A stretch of DNA of 42,124 nucleotides from Candidatus Micrarchaeota archaeon (GCA_037444485.1 JBBIMI010000006.1:1-42124), one strand, 5' to 3'; positions 19,757 through 28,979 are shown, numbered from the stretch's first letter. Notes: generated from the letters alone by a model not told the origin. Translations and numbers: made by a program.

Positions 19757-19954
19757 ACCAAAACACTAAAACCGCGATAAGTTTAAGGTAGGTTTAAATA
19801 CGCGTTTCCACAGAAACGGTTAACGTGGTTGGAATGGCAGGCGGTTTACTTCACGCAAGCAAAAACTAATCCGAGTTTTTTTGGCGGCAGCCGCTTTGTC
19901 GAAACAAACGCTTTAATTAATTTGGTTTCTTTTTCTAATAGTTTCTCTAGTAAT

Positions 19955-20050
19955 GGCGCAGGTGGTGTAGCCTGGTCTAGCATCGAGGCCTGTGGAAAGT
20001 TGAAATCTTGCAGAAAGCCTTTGACCCGAGTTCAAATCTCGGCCTGCGCC
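19955..20050 (+). tRNA. tRNA-His(GTG) with encoded G-1 and a 20-nt intron (19996-20015) at position 37/38
   Basis: Acceptor GCGCAGG/CCTGCGC with C73; GAGGC-CT-GTG-G^A-GCCTT; BHB with CTGT/GCAG central helix, two 3-nt bulges and AAG/CTT. Confidence 0.93.
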
Positions 20051-20072
20051 CTAACGATTCAAGTGGTTTGAA

Positions 20073-21437
20073 ATGAGCGAGAAAAGCGAGCTACAGGCAG
20101 TGCGCGGAACGCGCGACTTGCCACCAGCAGAGAAGCTCGCGCGCGACGAGCTAGTCACGCTTTTAAAGAAAACCTTCGAGCGTTACGGGTTTAATCCTCT
20201 CGAGACGCCAGCGTTAGAGAATTGGAGCGTGTTGTCTGCGAAAAACGCTGGCGGCGAGGAAATCCTCAAGGAAGCTTACAAGCTTGTCGACCAAGGAGGA
20301 CGCGAGCTCGGCTTGCGTTACGACTTGACTGTTCCACTCTGCAGGTTCATGGCATGCAACCCGCGGCTTGCGCTGCCGTTCAAGCGTTACCAGATTGCGA
20401 GCGTGTGGCGTGACGGGCCGGTTTCTTCCCAGCGTTGGCGAGAGTTTCTTCAATGCGACGTTGACGTGGTAGGCAGTGCAAGCATGCTGGCTGACGCGGA
20501 ATGCGTCGCGCTTGCAAACGATTTTTTTGTTGCGCTCGAAATGCCGTTCGTCATCAAGATAAACAACCGCAAGTTTTTGAATGGAGTTCTTGAAACCGTT
20601 GGAGTGCCGCAGGAAAAACGCGTCGGTGCCTTATTAAGCGTGGACAAGCTCGAAAAAATCGGGCGCGACAAGGTTCTCGAAGAACTAGAGAAAGAACGCG
20701 GTTTGCAAGAGACTGCAGCGCGCGAATTGCTTGGCGTTCTCGATTCGCTTTCAAGATTGAATGCTAAAGAATTTTTCGAAAAAGCGGGCAAGATTCTGGC
20801 GAGCAAGGCCGACAACAAGAGCGAGAAAAGCGAGGGGAGCGAGGGACTACGCGAATTGCGTGAACTCGTTGGCTTTCTTAAAGAGTTTGGCGTAAGCGAC
20901 AAAAACTTTGTTCTAGACGCGAGCCTCGCGCGCGGCTTGGCTTACTATACAAGCAGTGTTTTTGAAGTCGTGTTACTGGGCTCGAGAGTCACGGCAAGCG
21001 TTGCTGGCGGCGGGCGTTACGACGACTTGATTCGCGCGTTTCTTGGAGGCAAGCGAAGCATTCCAGCAGTAGGAATCAGTTTCGGGGTAGACAGGATTCT
21101 TGAAGCGCTTGAAGCTGCCGGCAAGCTAGCGCAACGCAAGACGGTCGCGACAGTTTTCGTGATTCCAATTGGAGAAAAAGCACTGCAAGCCGCTTTGAAG
21201 GCTGCGCGCACGCTGCGCGAAGAAGGCGTGAACTGCGATTTTGACTTGATGCAGCGCGGGGTTTCTAGAAACCTTGAGTACGCCGCGAAGCAGGGTGTGC
21301 GTTTCGCCGCGCTCGTTGGCGAGCGGGAAGCAGCTGAAGGCGCGTTGACGTTACGCGATTTGGATAGCGGGAGAGAAGAAAAGCTTTCAGTAAGAGAAGC
21401 TGCAGCGCGCTTGAAACAAATCGAAAAAAGAAGTTGA
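20073..21437 (+). CDS. hisS: Histidine--tRNA ligase
   Basis: RGTRD, LRYDLTVP, REFLQCDVD, RGLAYY, GGGRYD, anticodon-binding domain. Confidence 0.97.
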   Translation: MSEKSELQAVRGTRDLPPAEKLARDELVTLLKKTFERYGFNPLETPALENWSVLSAKNAGGEEILKEAYKLVDQGGRELGLRYDLTVPLCRFMACNPRLALPFKRYQIASVWRDGPVSSQRWREFLQCDVDVVGSASMLADAECVALANDFFVALEMPFVIKINNRKFLNGVLETVGVPQEKRVGALLSVDKLEKIGRDKVLEELEKERGLQETAARELLGVLDSLSRLNAKEFFEKAGKILASKADNKSEKSEGSEGLRELRELVGFLKEFGVSDKNFVLDASLARGLAYYTSSVFEVVLLGSRVTASVAGGGRYDDLIRAFLGGKRSIPAVGISFGVDRILEALEAAGKLAQRKTVATVFVIPIGEKALQAALKAARTLREEGVNCDFDLMQRGVSRNLEYAAKQGVRFAALVGEREAAEGALTLRDLDSGREEKLSVREAAARLKQIEKRS

Positions 21438-21487
21438 TTAAATAACGTACGCTTAAAAGCGCGAGATTTCTAAACCAAACGCATTAA
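21438..21487. repeat. 50-bp internally deleted copy of the 26039-26248 element
   Basis: First 33 nt match 26039-26071 with 4 mismatches; last 17 nt match 26232-26248 with 2 mismatches. Confidence 0.8.
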
Positions 21488-21620
21488 AACTAGAATGGTT
21501 TATTAACCTTGTTTTTCATAAATGGTTTGCATAGAGCGTCGACTGGTTTAATTCCCATAATTCCGACATTATTTTCGATTAAATTTTTCGATTAAATTTT
21601 TCGGGGGTGTTTAAAGCGAA

Positions 21621-21965
21621 GTGACTAGAGTAAGTGATGTTGAGGAAGCGAGCGCTAGGGTTTACAGTGCTGCAAAGCCAGAGCACGAATTAAAAAAAGA
21701 AGACATTAATTGTTTTAAAAAATTTCTTGAAGAAAAAGAATTAGTTGCTGAATTACAAAAAAATTTTAATAAAATAGAAATAAATAACGCGCTTAAAGCG
21801 TTCAAGAAAGCGTTATACAACGAGAAACTTGACGACAAGGAAGTTGACTTGCTTGTTACAGCACTCAAGCACTTGAAAGAAAACAAAGAAAAGTACGAGG
21901 AAAAGTATTCGCGTGTTACAATCATTTCACAACACAAGCAACTTGAACAACATTTTGAAGAGTGA
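21621..21965 (+). CDS. Hypothetical Lys/Glu-rich protein
   Basis: 114-aa ORF preceded by GGGGGTG. Confidence 0.65.
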   Translation: MTRVSDVEEASARVYSAAKPEHELKKEDINCFKKFLEEKELVAELQKNFNKIEINNALKAFKKALYNEKLDDKEVDLLVTALKHLKENKEKYEEKYSRVTIISQHKQLEQHFEE

Positions 21966-22012
21966 AAAAAGTGCGTGAAAAAATAATTAAGTGAATGTAA
22001 AAAAACAATTAG

Positions 22013-22303
22013 GTGAATAAGGTGGTTGAACGAGTTAAGAAACCTGCGTTGGACTGGGATTATCTTCACGACATCCGTAAGAACATGGAAGCGAATAAAG
22101 TGTTGAATGAGTCTGAAGCTGGAAAGTTGAGGTTTTACTTCGACGCGCTTCGACGTGGAGAAAAGCTGGAGCTGAAGCAAAAGAGCGAGTTTGAAGAGAT
22201 TCTCGTTAGAATATCGTCGATGCAATCTAGTGCTTACAGGGATTTCGCTAAAAAACTGTTGAAAAAATTGGGTTCGCAAGCGGGCAAAAAAATATTTGTT
22301 TAA
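22013..22303 (+). CDS. Hypothetical protein
   Basis: 96-aa ORF; AGGTGA SD suggests a start slightly downstream (GTG 22022). Confidence 0.65.
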   Translation: MNKVVERVKKPALDWDYLHDIRKNMEANKVLNESEAGKLRFYFDALRRGEKLELKQKSEFEEILVRISSMQSSAYRDFAKKLLKKLGSQAGKKIFV

Positions 22304-22411
22304 TAAGAATTAAGAATTTAGAAGTTTTATTTAGTAAGAATTTTTTAGTAAGAAGTTTTGTGAGGGTTTTCATTCATTTTTTTCTTCGTTAAGTTGTTTG
22401 AAGTGGTGGTT

Positions 22412-22816
22412 ATGACCGAGATAATAAAAGCTCGCAAGGTCAAGGGAATGGTCGCTAGCGAAGAAACCACTAGAGAACGTGTTGCGGATCCACGCTCGAT
22501 CTTTAAGGAAATGATTGTCAATGAAAAACTAGAAAAGCATTTTCCAAAAAATTTCGAGGACTTACGCAAAGGTTTTAACAAGATATTTCCTCCTCCTACT
22601 GCTAAAATGAAACCTAAAGAGTTGAAAGAAAAGGAAAAGAAAACGTTGCACGATTTTTGCAACTTGTATAAAGAAAGCAGTGAAGAAAAATACGTGAAAT
22701 TGGTTGAAAACATAATCAATAACGAAAAAATGAAGTCTTACTTGAAAGAAAAGGGTTTCTTTTCGTCTGTAGTGGAAAACCTGAAAAAAGTTGTTGGAGG
22801 CAAAAGCAAGAGCTGA
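22412..22816 (+). CDS. Hypothetical Lys/Glu-rich protein
   Basis: GTGGTGG precedes ATG 22412; ORF is open from 22394. Confidence 0.65.
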   Translation: MTEIIKARKVKGMVASEETTRERVADPRSIFKEMIVNEKLEKHFPKNFEDLRKGFNKIFPPPTAKMKPKELKEKEKKTLHDFCNLYKESSEEKYVKLVENIINNEKMKSYLKEKGFFSSVVENLKKVVGGKSKS

Positions 22817-22866
22817 CGAAGCGTTTTCAATGATAGAGCGTCCTGATAAGCGCTCGGTGAACGAAT

Positions 22867-25800
22867 TTGGTTGAACTAGTGCCAGCGTCTGAACACGCAA
22901 AACAATTTCTTTCGCCTGACGTTTTAAAGCCTTACGACTCGAAGCGCGTCGAACAGCAAGTGCTTGAATTCTGGCGCGCTGCTGAAATTCCGAAGAAACT
23001 CTCGCTGCACCGCAAGAGCGCGAAAAAGTTTTTCGTTCTCGACGGCCCGCCTTACGTGAACGCGTTGCCGCACGTTGGCCACGCGAAGACGACTACTTAC
23101 AAAGACGTTTGGACTAGGTTCGCGTTCATGCAGGGCTTTGACTGCTTGGTCCAGCCGGGCTTCGACTGCCACGGCTTGCCTGTTGAAGTCATCGTTGAGC
23201 GCGAACTCGGCGTGAAGAGCAAGCGCGAGATCGAAGAACGCATCGGAATCAAGAAGTTTGATGAAGCGTGCTTGAACAAGATTTTGAATAATGAACGCGT
23301 TTGGATGAGGATGTACGAGCGTTTAGGCGCGTGGCGCGCTTTTTTCGAGCCCTACTTTACTTACAAGAATTACTATATTGAAAGCGCGTGGTGGACTCTT
23401 AAACGCTTGCATGAAAAAGGTTTTTTGACGCGGGGCGTCAAGCCTATTCACTGGTGTCCGCATTGCGAGACCGCGCTTTCAGGGTACGAAGTAAGCGATT
23501 CTTACAAGAACGTTACTGACCCCAGCGTTTTCGTGAAATTCCGGGTTTACGGGAAAAAAAACGAGTTTCTCTTAGTGTGGACTACCACGCCTTGGACTCT
23601 CGCCGCGAACGTCGCCATCGTTGCGCACCCGACTGAAGATTACGTGTTTGCGCGCGTCGGGAGCGCTGGCATGGAGGGTGAGACGCTTGTTCTCGCGAAA
23701 AAGCTTGTCGAACGCGTGTTGAAGGAAAAGACTGGAGTAGAGTACGAAGTTCTGAAGACAGTCAAGGGCGTTGAACTTGACGGACTGCGTTACGAGCCTG
23801 TTCTCGATGTTCCGCAACAACGCGAGTTGGACGAGAATCCGAAAGCGCACCGGGTTTACTTGAGTATTCCGATTTTCAAGTCTAAAAAGTATAAGAAGCA
23901 CGCGATGCGTGAAGAAGCGATTCGAAGCGTTGGCGAGGGTCCGAGTGGTGAGGAAATGTCTCGTGGCGCTGAAGAGGAATTCGAGGAATTCGTTACTATG
24001 GATGAGGGCACGGGGTTAGTGCACTGCGCGCCTGGACACGGGCAAAGCGATTATTTTTTGGGCGGGCATTACGGTTTGCCTGCTGTTTCGCCAGTGGATG
24101 AGCGGGGTTGTTTCACTAATAAAGCTGGAGGCGAGCTTGCCGGAAAATTCGTGAAGGACGCGGACAACCTCGTCGTTGAAAGACTGGATTCCGAGGGTAA
24201 GCTCTTGCACGCTGAAAAGATTACACACTCTTACCCGTTGTGTTGGCGGTGCAAGGCGCCCCTAGTTTTTCGGTTAAGCGAGCAATGGTATTTGAAAATA
24301 GATTCAATAAAAGACGCGTTGTTGGAAGCTAACTCGAGGATAAAGTGGATGCCTTCAAGCGCGCGAGAGGCGGAACACAATTGGCTTGCCGACGCTGTTG
24401 ACTGGTGTATTTCGAAACAACGTTTTTGGGGGATTCCAATGCCTGTCTGGGTTTGCGGGGATTGCGGGGGCATCACCGTAATCGGCAGCGTTGCAGAATT
24501 GAAGGAAAAAGCGGTTGATCGCGTCAATGATTTGAAGGACTTGCACAGGCATTCGGTTGACGGGATTGAAGTTAAATGTGTTTGCGGCGGCCGCGCGAAG
24601 CGCGTGAAAGACGTTTTCGACGTTTGGTTTGATTCAAGCATCGCGCCTTGGGCTTCACTCAAGTACCCGTACGAAAACAAGGAGTTGTTTGAACAAGTGT
24701 TTCCAGTTCACTTGATTGACGAGAGTCAAGACCAGATTCGCGGCTGGTTTTACTACTTGCTTTTTTCAGGAATGGCTGTCTTCGGAAAGCCTGCCTTCGA
24801 AAAGTGTTGCTTGAATGGTTGGGTTGTCGACGAGAAAGGCGAAAAGATGAGCAAGAGTTTAGGTAACGTCATCAGCGCTGAAGACGCGATTACCGCGCTC
24901 GGCGCGGACGCGCTGCGCTTGTATTATTGCCTTGACATCGCGCCTTGGGAAGTTCAAAAGTTTAGCTTGCGTTCGGCGATGGAAGTCAAGAAGGCGCTAA
25001 ACATTTTGTGGAATTCTTACGTATTCTATAAAACTTACGCTCCAGAGGGCTTCAAGCCAATCACTGAATTCGATTTTGTAGAGCCTGAAGACGCTTGGCT
25101 GCTCTCGCGGACTGCAAGCACGATAAAGAAAGTCACTGCTTGCATTAACGAATTCGAGTTCCATCAAGCGGGCCGCGCGCTTACGGACTTCGTTGTTGAA
25201 GACTTGAGTCGTTGGTACGTAAAACTCGTTCGAGACCGCATGAATCCGGGCGCCGCCAGCGCGGCAAACAAAAAAACGCGCGTCGAAGCAGCAAACGCGT
25301 TACACTACGCGCTTAAGGTCGCGCTCAAGCTTCTCGCGCCGTTCACGCCTTTTCTGGCAGAGTACTTGTACGCGGACCTCAAGCGAAACGATTTAGACGA
25401 AGTCGAGAACGAAAGCATTCACTTTACTTACTGGCCCCAGCCAGCTGAAGGACTCGTCGACGAAGAACTCGAACAACGCATGGCGCTAGCGAAAAAGATT
25501 ACTGAAGCAGTGAATTCCATGCGGCGCGAGGTAAAAATAAAAGCAAGGTGGCCAGTACGCGAAGTCGTGGTTGCGGGCACCGCAGAGGTTCGAGCGACAG
25601 TCAAACAATTGAGCAAGATTCTCGCGCAATCGTGCAACGCGCTCGAAATCCGTTTTTCTGAAACCACGCCGAGCGCGCCGCATTACGTCGCACGCGAGCT
25701 TGCGGGCGCAAAGGCAAGCGTTTTTCTCGACACGCGGCGGGACGAAGCACTCGCGCACCGCGCGTTGTTCCGCGAGCTCGTGCGCGCTGTGCAGGCAACG

Positions 25801-26028
25801 CGGAAAGAAAACGGGTTCAACGTATTAGACAAAATCGTGTTAAGTGTTTGGGTTAACGACTTGCATGCGCGCCAATTTCTTGAAGAAAACGTGCATTGGT
25901 TGGCAAGCGAGACAAACGCTGTAAACGCGTTCGTAACGCGTGAAGAAAGCGAGTTGAAAGGCGATTGTAAAGTCGAGTTAGAGTTCGAGGAAATAATCGT
26001 TAAAGCCATGTTCTCAAAATTTTCTTGA
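22867..26028 (+). CDS. ileS: Isoleucine--tRNA ligase (archaeal/eukaryote type)
   Basis: DGPPY..HVGH, GFDCHGLPVE, WTTTPWTL, DWCISKQRFWG, DQIRGWFY, KMSKS. Confidence 0.96.
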   Translation: MVELVPASEHAKQFLSPDVLKPYDSKRVEQQVLEFWRAAEIPKKLSLHRKSAKKFFVLDGPPYVNALPHVGHAKTTTYKDVWTRFAFMQGFDCLVQPGFDCHGLPVEVIVERELGVKSKREIEERIGIKKFDEACLNKILNNERVWMRMYERLGAWRAFFEPYFTYKNYYIESAWWTLKRLHEKGFLTRGVKPIHWCPHCETALSGYEVSDSYKNVTDPSVFVKFRVYGKKNEFLLVWTTTPWTLAANVAIVAHPTEDYVFARVGSAGMEGETLVLAKKLVERVLKEKTGVEYEVLKTVKGVELDGLRYEPVLDVPQQRELDENPKAHRVYLSIPIFKSKKYKKHAMREEAIRSVGEGPSGEEMSRGAEEEFEEFVTMDEGTGLVHCAPGHGQSDYFLGGHYGLPAVSPVDERGCFTNKAGGELAGKFVKDADNLVVERLDSEGKLLHAEKITHSYPLCWRCKAPLVFRLSEQWYLKIDSIKDALLEANSRIKWMPSSAREAEHNWLADAVDWCISKQRFWGIPMPVWVCGDCGGITVIGSVAELKEKAVDRVNDLKDLHRHSVDGIEVKCVCGGRAKRVKDVFDVWFDSSIAPWASLKYPYENKELFEQVFPVHLIDESQDQIRGWFYYLLFSGMAVFGKPAFEKCCLNGWVVDEKGEKMSKSLGNVISAEDAITALGADALRLYYCLDIAPWEVQKFSLRSAMEVKKALNILWNSYVFYKTYAPEGFKPITEFDFVEPEDAWLLSRTASTIKKVTACINEFEFHQAGRALTDFVVEDLSRWYVKLVRDRMNPGAASAANKKTRVEAANALHYALKVALKLLAPFTPFLAEYLYADLKRNDLDEVENESIHFTYWPQPAEGLVDEELEQRMALAKKITEAVNSMRREVKIKARWPVREVVVAGTAEVRATVKQLSKILAQSCNALEIRFSETTPSAPHYVARELAGAKASVFLDTRRDEALAHRALFRELVRAVQATRKENGFNVLDKIVLSVWVNDLHARQFLEENVHWLASETNAVNAFVTREESELKGDCKVELEFEEIIVKAMFSKFS

Positions 26029-26038
26029 ACCAATTTTT

Positions 26039-26248
26039 TTAAACAACCTGCGCTTAAAAGCGCGGGATTTCAGTGCGCCGTCCAGCTTGCGCTGGCGGGC
26101 GCCACCATCAGCGCGCGTAACGCTCGCGAAACGCGGCACCCACAAAAACCGGCAAGCAAGCGAAGCGAAACAATTACTAGCATCAACGAACATTAGGGTT
26201 GATTCGTCCCGCGACTGAACTCGCGGATTTCTCAGCCAAACGCATTAA
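26039..26248 (-). mobile_element. Putative non-autonomous IS200/IS605-like element (PATE/MITE) with structured interior
   Basis: Subterminal hairpins CCTGCGCTTAAAAGCGCGGG and CCGCGACTGAACTCGCGG, GC-rich internal stems, no ORF, second collapsed copy at 21438. Confidence 0.6.
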
Positions 26249-26570
26249 TTTTTATTTTTTTTGTTTTTAAAGCCGCGCGAGAGCCGCGCGCGAGACGGCG
26301 CGAAGAAAAACAACGCGAAGAAAGACGGCGTTAAAAGACGGCGTTAAAAGCTTAAAGAAAGCCGCGTGAACTGCTTGATGAACTGCTTGAAACAGTTTCC
26401 CGTTTTTTTTGAAAAAAAAGTTTTTCAAAGTTTCCAGTTTTCAAACAACTTTTTTCCCAGACTTTTTCCAGGTTTTCCAAGTTTTTAAAGGCTTTTTTTC
26501 AAGGCGCGCGGAGAGTGCGACAACCAGTGCGACAATCGCTTTTAAATTGTTTAAAGTCTTTGTTTTTCTT

Positions 26571-27245
26571 ATGGGATTACTTGATTTTCTTAAACTGAAA
26601 AAAAAAACGAGACACGAGTTAAAATGGCCTTTGCCTGAAATGCGGTTAACGGTGCCGCTCGAAGATTGCGAAAAAACGGTGGGTGAACTCAAGCGCGCGC
26701 ACGCGCGGTTCGTCAGCGGCGGGGAATTCGTTGACGTAGTGCACGCGAAGCAATACGCTGAAGGCGTTTTCGCTTACTTCATAATCCGCACCGACAAAAA
26801 AACGGAAAAAGAAACGCTTTTCGCTGACGCTTACATGCTTCAAGAAGAAGAACGGCTCGGCGTCGAAGTAAGCGCGAGTTACTCAGTAATCGAAGACCTT
26901 GAAAAGCTCGGCTTCAAGAAAGCATTCGAGCGAGACGTTACTGAATGGCGGTTTTTTTACGCGACCATACGCGCGGCAGTATTCGAAATCGCGGGCTTCG
27001 GCTCATTCCTCGAAATCGCGTTGCCGCAGACAAAGTTCGAAAAAGCGCGAGAGGCAAGCGAGAAAACCGCATTCGCGTTACTCGCGAAACTCGGCTTCAA
27101 GAAAGAGGAAGCCATCCCAACCGACGTGATTACGCTGCAGTTGCTGACGCAAAAGCAAGCCGAAGAAGAAAAAGCGAAAAGCCAAGCGCGGAACACGAGC
27201 GAGAAGAGAGCGGGCTTCAGCGGCGAATTCAAGCTTGGAGATTAA
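26571..27245 (+). CDS. CYTH/CyaB-like domain protein, degenerate
   Basis: HELK near the N-terminus, LEKLGFKK and AGFGSFLEI resemble class IV adenylate cyclase/CYTH proteins. Confidence 0.6.
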   Translation: MGLLDFLKLKKKTRHELKWPLPEMRLTVPLEDCEKTVGELKRAHARFVSGGEFVDVVHAKQYAEGVFAYFIIRTDKKTEKETLFADAYMLQEEERLGVEVSASYSVIEDLEKLGFKKAFERDVTEWRFFYATIRAAVFEIAGFGSFLEIALPQTKFEKAREASEKTAFALLAKLGFKKEEAIPTDVITLQLLTQKQAEEEKAKSQARNTSEKRAGFSGEFKLGD

Positions 27246-27309
27246 CGGGATTAACGGATTAATGGTTGAAAAAAAGTTTTTTAAACAACGCAAGCGTTCT
27301 AGTTTACAG

Positions 27310-27450
27310 CGAAAAAAAAGAAAAAAGAAAAAAAGATTACTGAAAGAAAAAAAAGAAACAAAAAAAAAGAAAAGAAAGAAAAGAAAGAAAAGATTACTGA
27401 AAGAAAAAAAAAGAAGAAAAGAAGAAGAAAAGAAGAAGAAAAGAGGAAAG
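27310..27450. repeat. A/G low-complexity tract with duplicated AAAAGATTACTGAAAGAAAAAAAAGAA
   Basis: Read directly. Confidence 0.8.
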
Positions 27451-27504
27451 AAGGGGTCGCTTGAAGAAAAGAGGAGGGTTTAGAGTAGGAGGCTTGAAGT
27501 TGAA

Positions 27505-28365
27505 ATGAGTTTATATTATTACTTAGGAGTCGTATTGTTCGCGATTGGCGTGTTCGGCTTTGCTTTTTACTTCTATAATTACTACTCGATGTTGAAGGAA
27601 AAGCTTTCGGAACGCTTGGCGGACAAAAAGAAAAAGTTTTTGAAAAAAGCGTTTGCTTACCTCGCGCTCGCTTTAATAGGCTTGTTGTTGACTGCGTTCG
27701 CGCCGCCCGCAGCGTTCGGCGCGGGCGCTCCTGCCGCGAGCGCGCCAATTGTTTCAGGCGTCGAGTTGAAAGCGTTGCTCGCGCGGGCGAAGGTTGTGGG
27801 AGAAAAAACTGAAACGTACGCCAACCGCTTGACTCCAATCACGTGCGTCGGCGAGAAAGACGTCGTGTACTGGCGTGAATTGAAGGTGTACAACACGAGC
27901 ACTACTGACGCGAGCGGCAGGACGAAAACCACTTATTATTCGACAATCACGCTTAACCTCCAGAACGTTGGTCCAAACAAGTTGAGGGGCGTTACCGTCA
28001 TCGAAAAAATTCCTGATGTTGTAGCGCGAGTGCCTGAAGAGATTACGCAGTTCAGCGTGTCACCCAAGCGCGTGTCGAAAGGCAGCGTCGTCGTGGAATG
28101 GCTTTTCTCTTACGTAGAGCCGGGAGAAAAGAAACAAGTTTCTTACACGGTGCAGAAGAAGCTCGATGCAAGCGTTTTGAACGAGTTCGACGCGCCTGAA
28201 GTCGTCGCGCAAGCGATTGAAGGCCCGACTGCGCCGAGCGTTGCACCTGAAGCGCGAGAAGCTGGAATAGATTATTCCGTAGTCGGACTCGTTGTAGTAA
28301 TCGTGGCGATACTCGCGTTACTGTACGCGTTCGTGTTGAGAAAAACCCGGAAAACCTGGGCTTGA
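27505..28365 (+). CDS. Membrane-anchored protein with an Ig-like (DUF11-like) beta domain
   Basis: Two N-terminal hydrophobic segments, TITLNLQNVG..VTVIEKIP..PGEKKQVSYTV, C-terminal TM helix with basic tail; GGAGG SD. Confidence 0.75.
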   Translation: MSLYYYLGVVLFAIGVFGFAFYFYNYYSMLKEKLSERLADKKKKFLKKAFAYLALALIGLLLTAFAPPAAFGAGAPAASAPIVSGVELKALLARAKVVGEKTETYANRLTPITCVGEKDVVYWRELKVYNTSTTDASGRTKTTYYSTITLNLQNVGPNKLRGVTVIEKIPDVVARVPEEITQFSVSPKRVSKGSVVVEWLFSYVEPGEKKQVSYTVQKKLDASVLNEFDAPEVVAQAIEGPTAPSVAPEAREAGIDYSVVGLVVVIVAILALLYAFVLRKTRKTWA

Positions 28366-28427
28366 GCTTAACTAGAGAATTAACTAGAGAAGACTACGCG
28401 TTCCAGCATTCAACCGCGCAACCGCGT

Positions 28428-28979
28428 TTACCACTTGTAAATCGCTTCAATAGCGCGGGAGAACAACACGCGAAGCGTGACCGCCTCGTCCTCGCTTATC
28501 GGAATGCTTACGCTGCGCACGCTTGAGTCCGCGTACTGTTGTGAGAGTTTCGCGAAAAAACCGTAGTTGCTTCGCGTGAGGTTGAACGAAGCATTCTTCA
28601 CGCTTTTCACGCTTTTCGCGCTTTCCGCGACTGCTGCCTCGCTTGCAGGCGTTACAGCAAGCGCGCTTATTGTTTTCTCGTGCGCAAACTGGCTTTTGCT
28701 TGGCTCGTGAAACAAGTCGACTGTCTTGCTCTTGCCTTCGAGGACTAAAAGAAGTTTAGGAATGTCGTTCGCGCCAAGTTTTAAGACGAGTTTGTTGTCC
28801 CAATCAAATTCTTGTTCGCTTTTCTGTACTGCAGCTTCAACGAAAACGCTTTCGCGGTTTGGGTTGAAGTCAAACTGCATTGCAGCGCCAGACCCGCGTT
28901 TGTTGGCTTTGTAAATGCTGTACTTGCGTTGCGGCCGCATTGCACGCCCGCCGCCTTCGATTGACGCTAATTCCTCCAT
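28428..28979 (-). CDS. Whirly-like ssDNA-binding domain protein
   Basis: Collinear motifs YSIYK..AA, FDWDNK...L...DI, LFHEP, GFFAKLS, IPISEDE..TL, terminal W; GAGGTGG SD. Confidence 0.7.
   Translation of the reverse strand: MEELASIEGGGRAMRPQRKYSIYKANKRGSGAAMQFDFNPNRESVFVEAAVQKSEQEFDWDNKLVLKLGANDIPKLLLVLEGKSKTVDLFHEPSKSQFAHEKTISALAVTPASEAAVAESAKSVKSVKNASFNLTRSNYGFFAKLSQQYADSSVRSVSIPISEDEAVTLRVLFSRAIEAIYKW

Noticed and set aside
19829..20071. 80-aa ORF
   Set aside because: Overlaps tRNA-His
26409..26570. N-terminal extension of the CYTH-like ORF
   Set aside because: T-rich repeat spacer; ATG 26571 follows a TATA-like region
27235..27483. 82-aa poly-Lys ORF
   Set aside because: Translation of an A-rich low-complexity spacer
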